Position numbers and translations under genes: made by a program
In this document: piece by piece, positions 54,473 to 62,165 of the stretch
Position numbering within the stretch: position 1 is the stretch's first letter
Layout of the letters: the number at the start of each line of letters is the position of its first letter
The notes under the pieces: model-generated
The model's database searches: none
Seen by the model: only the letters and a program-made list of their open reading frames with translations
What the model was told of the DNA's origin: nothing
Assembly (NCBI GenBank): GCA_030674475.1
Contig: JAUSCZ010000014.1
Span: 13,938 to 77,937, forward strand
Reading direction: 5' to 3'
Length of the DNA stretch: 64,000 nucleotides
DNA from: Candidatus Omnitrophota bacterium
GTDB lineage: Bacteria; Omnitrophota; Gorgyraeia; Gygaellales; UBA12090

Positions 54473-54562
54473 ATCGGAAGTTATAAGTTGGCATTGTTGT
54501 CCAAATTATTGCAGTGTCTACAGCCCACAGGCAGGATGCCTGTGCCACTGGAAAGGGCATAG

Positions 54563-55015
54563 ATGATGTTAGAAGAAAAAATATTGGAAGATTTTAAGAA
54601 GGCGATGAAAGACAAGGACGCGCCAAGGGTTTCCACCTTAAGTTTTCTGAGGTCAGAACTGAAGAATATCGCTATTGAAAAGAGGGCGGCAAAACTTGAG
54701 GATGCCGATGTCCTCGCGGCCATCAAAAAGCAGATAAAACAGCGTCAGGACTCCATTGAGCAGTTTACAGCCGGGGGACGGGTGGATTTGGCGCAGAAAG
54801 AGAGCAAAGAGCTGGAGATTTTAAAATCCTATTTGCCCGAGCAGTTGTCCGAAGGTAAGATAAAAGAGATAATTGATCAGGTGGTGAGCCTGGTCGGCGC
54901 GAAGCAGCCTCAGGATATGGGGAAGGTGATGAAGGAATTATTGCCTAAGTTGGCAGGAGGGGCGGATAATAAATTGGTCAGCGAGCTGGTAAAGCAAAGG
55001 TTAAGCGGGGTTTAA
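54563..55015 (+). CDS. GatB/YqeY domain protein
   Basis: MMLEEKILEDFKKAMKDKD...LRSELKN... has the YqeY-family architecture. Confidence 0.7.
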   Translation: MMLEEKILEDFKKAMKDKDAPRVSTLSFLRSELKNIAIEKRAAKLEDADVLAAIKKQIKQRQDSIEQFTAGGRVDLAQKESKELEILKSYLPEQLSEGKIKEIIDQVVSLVGAKQPQDMGKVMKELLPKLAGGADNKLVSELVKQRLSGV

Positions 55016-55016
55016 T

Positions 55017-55316
55017 ATGTCTACAGTCAAAAAGTTGGTTGAGGAGTCGCATAAAATCGCCCGGGAAAAAGGCTGGTGGCAGAACGAAAGGAACGATGCC
55101 GAGTTGATCGCTCTTATGCATTCGGAGCTTTCCGAGGCCTTGGAGGCAATGCGCAATCACGCCAAGACCGAAGAGGTTGCCGAGGAGCTGGCAGACTGCT
55201 GTATCCGGATATTTGATTATTGCGGGGCCCGCGGTATAGACCTGCAGGACGCGATTAAAAAGAAGATAGCGAAAAACCGCGCCCGGCCCTATCGCCACGG
55301 GAATAAGAAATTTTAA
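55017..55316 (+). CDS. MazG-like nucleotide pyrophosphohydrolase domain protein
   Basis: EExxELxEA-type helix (MHSELSEALEAMRNH ... EELADCCIRIFDY). Confidence 0.55.
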   Translation: MSTVKKLVEESHKIAREKGWWQNERNDAELIALMHSELSEALEAMRNHAKTEEVAEELADCCIRIFDYCGARGIDLQDAIKKKIAKNRARPYRHGNKKF

Positions 55317-55317
55317 A

Positions 55318-55629
55318 ATGTTTATCCACTCTGTTTTGTTTGAAATTGAGCCCGAGGAAATAATGGCCTATCGTAAGGACTGTAAGATGTGGGCCGGTTA
55401 TGCCGGAAAGGCCAAAGGTTTTATCCGTTATATGACCGTAAAACGACTTGACTATAAGAATCAGTTCGCCTCGGTTTATGAATGGAAGACGAAAAGTTTT
55501 CACGATGCCTTTATGAAAAAATACCACGACTGGCTGGTGTCTAAGTCTGAGGCCAAGGTTAAGGTTTTGGGGTATTATAACCTAAAGTCCCAGCAGGAAA
55601 CGCGCGCTGCGCAGGCGAGGCAGGCGTAA
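55318..55629 (+). CDS. small ABM/Dabb-like (antibiotic biosynthesis monooxygenase fold) protein, tentative
   Basis: ~100 aa. IHSVLFEIEP start and a KGFIRY segment consistent with a ferredoxin-like ABM fold. Weak. Confidence 0.3.
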   Translation: MFIHSVLFEIEPEEIMAYRKDCKMWAGYAGKAKGFIRYMTVKRLDYKNQFASVYEWKTKSFHDAFMKKYHDWLVSKSEAKVKVLGYYNLKSQQETRAAQARQA

Positions 55630-55647
55630 TAAAAAAGGTTATTCTTA

Positions 55648-56478
55648 ATGTCTGACGCAAAATGTCCGGGGCAGAATCCCCAATATTGGAAGCCGGAAGA
55701 TGCCTTTGAGGTTAGCTGTCCTAATTGTAAGGAAATAGTTGAGTTTTTTAAGGATGAGCCCAAGAGGCGATGCCATAACTGTAAGCAAGAGGTAGTTAAT
55801 CCTAAGGTTGACTTTGGCTGCGCCCTTTGGTGCCCTAAGGCAGTTGACTGTATCGGTCAGGAGCGTTATCAACAATTATTGGCCGCGGCCAAGAGTCAGC
55901 CCAAGCCGGATAAATACCGGACTAAAAAAGACCTTCTGCTTTTTGAGATGGAAAAGTATTTCGGAGGTGATGAGCGCCGGATAAACCATGCCAGGAAGGT
56001 TTTGGAGTTTGCTGAGCAACTGCTTGAAAAAGAGCAGGCGGCTTGGGCTATGGGAAGCTCAACCCTGCCTACCGGCCAGGCAGGCACAGCCTGCCGGCCA
56101 GCCGATCCCCTGGTGGTTATTTCCGCGGCCATACTCCATGATATCGGAATACATAAGGCCCAAGAAAAATATAAAAGCAGTGCCGGGAATTACCAGGAGA
56201 TAGAGGGGCCTCCCATTGCCAGGGTTATTATGGAGAAGCTCCAGTTTAAAAAAGAGATAATTGACGAGGTCTGCGAGATTGTTGCCCATCATCATTCTCC
56301 GGGTAAGGTTGATACTCTTAATTTTAAAGTGCTTTATGACGCGGACTGGTTAGTCAATCTCAAGGATGAATTTGATACCAGTAGTAAAGAAAAACTGGCC
56401 AAAACAATTAATAAGGTATTTCTCACCTCTAGCGGGAAAGAATTAGCGAACCAGATTTATAGTAGGGGCGGGTTCTAA
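55648..56478 (+). CDS. zinc-ribbon plus HD-domain phosphohydrolase
   Basis: N-terminal CPxC...CxNC pairs. HD motifs H(N)H...ILHDIG...AHHHSP...YDADWL. Has an internal CCTGCCTACCGGCCAGGCAGG palindrome at 56066-56102. Confidence 0.65.
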   Translation: MSDAKCPGQNPQYWKPEDAFEVSCPNCKEIVEFFKDEPKRRCHNCKQEVVNPKVDFGCALWCPKAVDCIGQERYQQLLAAAKSQPKPDKYRTKKDLLLFEMEKYFGGDERRINHARKVLEFAEQLLEKEQAAWAMGSSTLPTGQAGTACRPADPLVVISAAILHDIGIHKAQEKYKSSAGNYQEIEGPPIARVIMEKLQFKKEIIDEVCEIVAHHHSPGKVDTLNFKVLYDADWLVNLKDEFDTSSKEKLAKTINKVFLTSSGKELANQIYSRGGF

Positions 56479-56490
56479 ACCCGCCCCTAC
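56462..56490. repeat. 29-nt GTAG-headed REP hairpin GTAGGG-GCGGGTT-cta-AACCCGC-CCCTAC
   Basis: Same 6+7+3+7+6 architecture as 60052-60080 and 63458-63486, with a fully covarying inner stem. Lies across the stop codon of the upstream gene. Confidence 0.8.
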
Positions 56491-56502
56491 CAAAGAACCA
56501 CG

Positions 56503-58467
56503 ATGAACAAAGAAGAGGCTTTGTGGGATTTTCTGGCCAGCCTTAAAACCTCGCTGAACAATGCCGCGGTTTATTTTAAAGACCATCCTGTTTTCTTGAA
56601 ATCCGCCGAAGACCTGAAAGCAAAAGCGGATTCACTCCTTGTCTTTCTTAGCCCCATAAAAATCGGCATCAGCCCGAATTCGCTCTTCATAGACGGTAAG
56701 AATTGGGAAAAGTCCGGCCTGTCTAAAGAATTAGCCTCATTTTTTCATTTCCGCAAAGTTGAAACAATAGAGATAAAAAGCGGTGTCAGCTTCAAGGAGC
56801 TGATTTTTTTTATTTCCAAGGTTTCTTTGGCTCCGAAAGAGATTCTTAAAGCAGGTGGAATAGAGGCTATTCTGGGAAAAGAAAATATGCCTTTTATCCT
56901 GGCGAAGGGATTGGATTATTCCCGGCTCTTAGGGATTCAGGGAAAGGAATACAAGGATATCTGGACCCATATGTTTCAGGAGGCCGCCGAGAAGGGGACT
57001 CCTCAGGATATATTCGGCTTAGCGGATAACTTTGGTAAGATTATAGAGAAATTTAAGGTCAATGATCTTTTAGAAAACAAGGATTTACGCGAAAACATCC
57101 ATAATTTTCTCAACTATTTAAAGGATGAAGACAGAGATAAATTCAACGCGTGTTCTAAGGAGATGGCCAATTTGATTTTGAGGGATAAGACTATATTTAA
57201 GGTTGATCAGTTGGGGACACTGCGGGTATTTTTTAAAGACTTAAGCGGTAATGAATTTAGTGATATTTTATGGGAAGCGGCGGTTTCGAATAAAGATTTT
57301 GACGCTCTTAGTTTTGAATTGCTATCCTCATTTTTGGATAAAAATCAGCATGAGCGCGCCGCTTCGTCATTGGCCGATAAAATCAAAACCAAAAATTCTC
57401 CGGAGGTTAATCCCCAGGCGGTAAGAAGGCTTAAGGATCTTTTCTTTGCCGCCAAGGATCAAGCGCACACTTACGACCCCTACCGTAAAAACCTGGAATT
57501 CTTATTTAAAAATACTTTTTTTGAAGAGGCCGGTTCTCGCGGCCTCGACTTAGAATCCACGCGCGCGAGTTATCAGTTTCTTATCCTTAATTCGCTTATA
57601 GGGGAAAAGAATAAAACAAAATTAAGCCTGCTTAAAGATTTGGTTAAGGAGGAGTTTGATTCCGTGATAAAAAACAAAGACACGGAGTTTTTAAGGCATT
57701 TTCTGGAAATCTGCGAGAGGAGGAGGAAGGAATCAAGTTTCTCCGGCATATTCGATCCGATAAAGAATGACGCCCTTTCATCTATTGAAAATATTATTTT
57801 TCAAGGCTCGCCTCGCGGGGAATTTGAAGGTTTCTTAAATCTGCTCAACAGAAGTTTTTTGGGCGCGCAGTATTACCTGAATAAAATGTTTAATGAAAAC
57901 AGAATAAGTCCCGGCATTTTGAAAATGTATTTTAAATTCTTTCCGGATACGCGGAATGTTTTCTACGACAATTTAAAGAAAAAGTCCCCCGACGCCGAAT
58001 TCTTAAAGATTCTAATTGATGCTGTCCAGGAAATCCATTCCGCTTTAAGTTTAGAGATATTAAGAAATATTTTTTCCTTCTCGCATAGCTTGATGAAGTT
58101 GGAAATACTTAAGGCGATGCGGGAGCTGCCGGAGCGGGATGAAAATTTCTTATTCTCCGTTCTTAGGGAAGAAAGTGTTTTCTTAAGGAAAGAAGCGCTT
58201 GGAGTTTTAGTATTTAAGGAAGGCCTGGGAAGCGAAGCCGGCCAAAGTAACACGGCGGCTGAAGCCTTAAAATTGCTTCTGGATATGCCGGATTCCTGGG
58301 GAAAGAAGAACAAGGTTTTAGAAGAGAATATTGATATTGTGGTTGAGGAGGGCCTGACCGAGCCGGCGAGGGATTTTCTGCTTGTCTTAAGCAGGAGGGG
58401 ATTCTTCTGGAATAAGAAGGTTAGGGAAAAGGCGAAGGCCGCTTTGGAGAGTTTATTCGGGGGATAG
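56503..58467 (+). CDS. large all-alpha hypothetical protein sharing a ~110-aa N-terminal domain with the downstream HD-GYP protein
   Basis: N-terminus (L..L..SL..A..Y...HP.F..S.E...L......S..ELS.FI) aligns with the N-terminus of ORF 58523. The remainder has no catalytic motifs and looks helical-repeat-like. Confidence 0.5.
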   Translation: MNKEEALWDFLASLKTSLNNAAVYFKDHPVFLKSAEDLKAKADSLLVFLSPIKIGISPNSLFIDGKNWEKSGLSKELASFFHFRKVETIEIKSGVSFKELIFFISKVSLAPKEILKAGGIEAILGKENMPFILAKGLDYSRLLGIQGKEYKDIWTHMFQEAAEKGTPQDIFGLADNFGKIIEKFKVNDLLENKDLRENIHNFLNYLKDEDRDKFNACSKEMANLILRDKTIFKVDQLGTLRVFFKDLSGNEFSDILWEAAVSNKDFDALSFELLSSFLDKNQHERAASSLADKIKTKNSPEVNPQAVRRLKDLFFAAKDQAHTYDPYRKNLEFLFKNTFFEEAGSRGLDLESTRASYQFLILNSLIGEKNKTKLSLLKDLVKEEFDSVIKNKDTEFLRHFLEICERRRKESSFSGIFDPIKNDALSSIENIIFQGSPRGEFEGFLNLLNRSFLGAQYYLNKMFNENRISPGILKMYFKFFPDTRNVFYDNLKKKSPDAEFLKILIDAVQEIHSALSLEILRNIFSFSHSLMKLEILKAMRELPERDENFLFSVLREESVFLRKEALGVLVFKEGLGSEAGQSNTAAEALKLLLDMPDSWGKKNKVLEENIDIVVEEGLTEPARDFLLVLSRRGFFWNKKVREKAKAALESLFGG

Positions 58468-58522
58468 GCCGGCACATCCTCCGCCTGAATAAGCGGGGCA
58501 GGCTTTCAAGGAAGGGTTAGGC

Positions 58523-59863
58523 ATGGCAGAAGCCATTGAAAATTCATTAAGAAGTTTGATTTCATCTTTGCAGTCAGCCAAGATATACCCTCTAGAACAT
58601 CCTAAGTTTAAGGAGTCTTTGGAGAACGCGCATAACAGTCTGCGGAATCTTCTGGGGGAGAGAAACGAGCTGGTAATCGGAATTATCGGGGAGGAGCTGG
58701 CTTTTGAAAAAGAGATATTCTTTGATTTAAGTAAGTCGGTTAAGCCTTTTATCCAGTATTTAAAGGAAAGAGGGATTGAGAGGATTGCCTTTACCCGCGG
58801 CATTACTAAAGAAGAATTGTCAGCCTTCATCATATTTTTAATAACTCCTAAGGATGAGATCGGCCCCGGCGTCCAGGAGTATTTGTTGAATAAAGGAATA
58901 AAGAATATAGTCATCGGTAAAATAAAGGCCGGGGATAACTCTTTAAGAAAAGAAGCCCTGGATTCGGTAAATTATTTAAGGCAGTATGAAGATTCTTTAA
59001 GCAAGATTTCTGTTTCTTTGGATGCTATTGTAAAAAATGAGGCATTTGATTATCCGCAGTTAAAATATACGCTGGGTAATATGATGGAGAATTTATTCAA
59101 GAGTTATCAGGAATTCCTGAAGCTTGCCGCCTTGAAAAGGCACGATATAGGCACCTTTGTCCATCTTTTGAATACGGCGGTATTGTCTATGTATTTTTCT
59201 TTCCGGCTCGGCTTTAATAAAGACGATGTGTTGAATATCGGCATGGCCGCGTTATTCCATGATATCGGCAAGATTTACGTATCCGGGCAGTTAATCAAAA
59301 GCCCGGATAAGCTTAGCGATGAAGAATTTGAGATGATGAAAAGCCATACCGAGCTGGGCTCGGATATACTTTTAAGGCATACCCGGCAATTAGGAGTCCT
59401 TCCGGCAATAGTCGCCTTTGAGCATCATCTCAGGTATGACCTTAGGGGTTACCCTAAGCTTTATTTCGCCTCCAGGCCGCATATTGCTTCCTTGATTGTT
59501 TCGCTCTGCGATGTCTACGATGCCCTTAACGCCAGAAGAAGCTATAAGAAAAGTTACCCCCCGGAGTTTATTCATAGTCTCATGCTCAAAGAAAAAGGCA
59601 AGATGTTTGAACCTGAACTTTTGGAGAAGCTTTTTATGATAATGGGCGTGTGGCCGGTAGGCACGATTGTTTATTTGACTGATAAAAGCGTGGCCATAGT
59701 CCGGGAAGAGAATGAAGATGATATATTCTCTCCCAAAGTAGAGGTAGTTTTTCCTTTTGATAAAAGCGGGCCCCTGGACTTAAGAATGAAGAAAGAAGAG
59801 TTAAAAATAGAATCCGCCCTTGACGCGCAAGGCGAAGGAAAAAAGTATTATCATCTGGTTTGA
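58523..59863 (+). CDS. HD-GYP domain phosphodiesterase with a novel N-terminal domain
   Basis: HD (LFHDIGK) and GYP (HHLRYDLRGYPK) motifs. N-terminal ~110 aa is paralogous to ORF 56503. Confidence 0.75.
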   Translation: MAEAIENSLRSLISSLQSAKIYPLEHPKFKESLENAHNSLRNLLGERNELVIGIIGEELAFEKEIFFDLSKSVKPFIQYLKERGIERIAFTRGITKEELSAFIIFLITPKDEIGPGVQEYLLNKGIKNIVIGKIKAGDNSLRKEALDSVNYLRQYEDSLSKISVSLDAIVKNEAFDYPQLKYTLGNMMENLFKSYQEFLKLAALKRHDIGTFVHLLNTAVLSMYFSFRLGFNKDDVLNIGMAALFHDIGKIYVSGQLIKSPDKLSDEEFEMMKSHTELGSDILLRHTRQLGVLPAIVAFEHHLRYDLRGYPKLYFASRPHIASLIVSLCDVYDALNARRSYKKSYPPEFIHSLMLKEKGKMFEPELLEKLFMIMGVWPVGTIVYLTDKSVAIVREENEDDIFSPKVEVVFPFDKSGPLDLRMKKEELKIESALDAQGEGKKYYHLV

Positions 59864-60051
59864 CATGAACAAAAAGGGGACAGGCTGATTTTATTCTGAT
59901 TGTTCCCATATAGTAATTTGTAGCGGTTGCCGCCTGCCTGCCGGCAGGTAAGGCAACTAGTGGTGAGCGCAGTCGAACCACGATATCATAAGGTCAGTGG
60001 ACACTGACCCCTACACGCTGACCGCTACAGACTGATTCTTGTAGATTGAAT

Positions 60052-60080
60052 GTAGGGAACGGTTTGAAACCGTTCCCTAC
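60052..60080. repeat. 29-nt GTAG-headed REP hairpin GTAGGG-AACGGTT-tga-AACCGTT-CCCTAC
   Basis: Sits within a 320-bp intergenic region packed with palindromes (59933-59955 family-1 copy, 59990-60008 GGTCAG hairpin). Confidence 0.8.
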
Positions 60081-60186
60081 TGGCGGAGAAAGCGCTTTCT
60101 CGAAAATCGTGTTTTGGCCTTGTTTTTCTATCTTTGTGTGGTATATTTTAATTACACATGATGAATAAACTTATTAAAACAAGGAG

Positions 60187-61263
60187 ATGGCAATGTTCAA
60201 GAAAATATTTTTTACGCTATTACCTTTAATTTTAGTTTTTAGCAGCGATCCCGCCTTTTGCGCCATCACCACTGTGGATACCAAGCGTGACTGGAAAGCC
60301 CAGAATTTTATCGCTAATCAAATCAAGGGAATTGGCTTGGTAGATTCCTACCAGGAGGATGGAGAAAACCGAAGTTATGTTTACGACAATGCCTTGGCCG
60401 CTATGGCTTGTATGGCTGAGGGAAATTTTGGTTTGGCTAAAGAAATCCTGGACACCTTATCTAATGAGGTAAATCATAGTTCGTATGAGGTTCCTTATGA
60501 AAGCTATCTTTATTCTGGCACGAACGGGGCTGGATATGGAATTTCTTACGCCGGAAATTCCGCCTGGCTGCTCCAGGCCTTAAATATCTACCAGAAGTTA
60601 AGAAGCGATAAGACTTACTATGCTGTTCAGAAAAAATTGGCTGATTTTTTATTGTCCCTGCAGGATTCAAGCGATGGAGGAATAAAAGGAAGCAAGAGCG
60701 ATACCTGGAAAAGCACCGAACATAATATCATCGCCTATTGCGCGATCAGGAATTTCGGCAGGCTGAATAATGTGTCCAGCTACACCACTAGCGCTGAGAA
60801 AATAAAGACTTTTCTGACTGGCTCAAGCATATGGACCGGGGAGAGGTTTAACCGGGGTAAGAATGATTCAGCCAAGGTGGTGGATACTCAGGCTTTAGGA
60901 GTATTGCTTTTGGGGAGCAGTTACTCCAAAGCCTTAATCTGGGCGGAGAAAAATCTTAAACTTTCCAAAACCTACAATTACCAGACGGTAACCGGATTTG
61001 ACTTTGACAGTAATCTGGATACGGTTTGGCTGGAGGGAACCCTGCAGATGGCCCTGTCTTTTTATAAAAGCAATAATACTTCTAACGGCGATACCTACTA
61101 CAATGAAGCGCTCAAGACCGTGCAAAGCGACGGTTCGCTAATTTTAGCCACTAATAAAGGCTCAGCCAGCGATTATTGGACTTTACAGGTCTGGCGGGCA
61201 ATTGCTCCCACTAGTTGGCTTATCTTTTATTATCTTAAGTTCAGCCCTCTGGTTTTATATTAA
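60187..61263 (+). CDS. secreted protein, possibly an (alpha/alpha)6-toroid glycoside-hydrolase-like fold
   Basis: Signal peptide (start possibly ATG 60193 after AAGGAG). Recurrent helical hairpin motifs (YDNALAAMA, SAWLLQAL, WLEGTLQMALSF). Family assignment is weak. Confidence 0.35.
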   Translation: MAMFKKIFFTLLPLILVFSSDPAFCAITTVDTKRDWKAQNFIANQIKGIGLVDSYQEDGENRSYVYDNALAAMACMAEGNFGLAKEILDTLSNEVNHSSYEVPYESYLYSGTNGAGYGISYAGNSAWLLQALNIYQKLRSDKTYYAVQKKLADFLLSLQDSSDGGIKGSKSDTWKSTEHNIIAYCAIRNFGRLNNVSSYTTSAEKIKTFLTGSSIWTGERFNRGKNDSAKVVDTQALGVLLLGSSYSKALIWAEKNLKLSKTYNYQTVTGFDFDSNLDTVWLEGTLQMALSFYKSNNTSNGDTYYNEALKTVQSDGSLILATNKGSASDYWTLQVWRAIAPTSWLIFYYLKFSPLVLY

Positions 61264-61307
61264 TCAGAGACAAGGACAACCTAAATAATAATAAATAATA
61301 ATTTTTC

Positions 61308-61335
61308 TTGACAGAATAATTTTATGTGGTATATT
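61308..61335 (+). promoter_or_regulatory. sigma70-type promoter TTGACA-16-TATATT with extended -10 (TGgTATATT)
   Basis: The 19-nt core TGTGGTATATTTAAATTAC (61325-61343) recurs as TGTGGTATATTTTAATTAC at 60136-60154 upstream of the secreted-protein gene. Confidence 0.5.
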
Positions 61336-61382
61336 TAAATTACGAAATTTACAAGGCAGTAATACGCAAAGTAGCGTTTAGA

Positions 61383-61423
61383 TTGAAAGTGCAGTCTGAA
61401 CGCTTTTTTATTGTAACCGCGGA
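61383..61423 (+). terminator. intrinsic terminator-like hairpin AGCGTT-N20-AACGCT followed by TTTTTTATT, ~40-75 nt downstream of the promoter
   Basis: Stem 61383-61388 / 61409-61414 with a T-run at 61415-61423. Lies inside the leader of the sigma-factor gene, so it could be an attenuator or the 3' end of a short RNA. Confidence 0.45.
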
Positions 61424-61494
61424 ACAGGGATAAAGAGGTCCCAAATATAGCTAAGAAAGTAAAAGCTGTGTTTGGGATTTTTTATTTTTAAGAT

Positions 61495-62022
61495 ATGGAT
61501 AAACAGGAATTTACGAAATTAGCCAACGAACTCAAGCCTCACTTAAAGAGAATTTCCGCGAAAAGGAGATTCCTGGGCTTTATAGATGCTGACGACCTCT
61601 GTCAGGAGGCTTTGATAAATCTATGGAAACGTTCTAAGAATGGCGAATTTCAGGACAAAACTGTAAGTTATATTATCCGGAGCTGTTATTTCCACATTCA
61701 AAACTATATCCGCACCCACAAGGTCAGGGCGGATATGCTTAGCCTGGAGGAGCCTGTGGCGTATAATGCTGAGGATTCTTTCTGTCTTAAGGATATTGTG
61801 GTTGATGAAAGCGGATTTTTCTTTGATAAGCTTAACAGCCGTTTGATTGTTAATGAAATGATGAATAACGGGCTTAAAAAGAAGGAAAAAGATGTTTTGC
61901 GTTTTTTATATCAGGGGTTAAGTCTGAGAGAGACAGCCAGGCGCCTGGGTATGTCGCATGTGGGGGTCTTGAAAATCAAGAAAAAGATTAGTTTGAAATA
62001 CGCGGCAAAGTATTACAGATAA
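61495..62022 (+). CDS. sigma-70 family (ECF-like) RNA polymerase sigma factor
   Basis: Region 2 DDLCQEALINLWKR and region 4 HTH LSLRETARRLGMSHVGVLKIKKKI. Confidence 0.6.
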   Translation: MDKQEFTKLANELKPHLKRISAKRRFLGFIDADDLCQEALINLWKRSKNGEFQDKTVSYIIRSCYFHIQNYIRTHKVRADMLSLEEPVAYNAEDSFCLKDIVVDESGFFFDKLNSRLIVNEMMNNGLKKKEKDVLRFLYQGLSLRETARRLGMSHVGVLKIKKKISLKYAAKYYR

Positions 62023-62101
62023 AATTCCCGCTACAAAAATTGGCGGGTCAGCCTGGTCGGATTGAAGTTGTGGTGGTTATTTAGTAGGTTAATTCGCGCT
62101 T

Positions 62102-62138
62102 ATCACTTACGTTACTCAAAAAGCGTAACGTAAGTGAT
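62102..62138. promoter_or_regulatory. perfect 14-bp inverted repeat ATCACTTACGTTAC-N9-GTAACGTAAGTGAT upstream of amtB
   Basis: ~28 nt upstream of the amtB ATG. Candidate operator for a nitrogen regulator, or a stem-loop in the 5' UTR. Confidence 0.4.
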
Positions 62139-62165
62139 GTGCTCATTAAAGAAGGAGGAGTAAAG

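Noticed and set aside
59864-60186. Possible tRNA or other structured RNA gene in the palindrome-dense 320-bp spacer (contains GTGGTgagcgcagtcgaACCAC)
   Set aside because: No T-loop GTTCGA(A/T)TC or D-loop consensus is present, and there are no cloverleaf-compatible arms. The structures are explained by REP family 1 and GTAG-hairpin copies.
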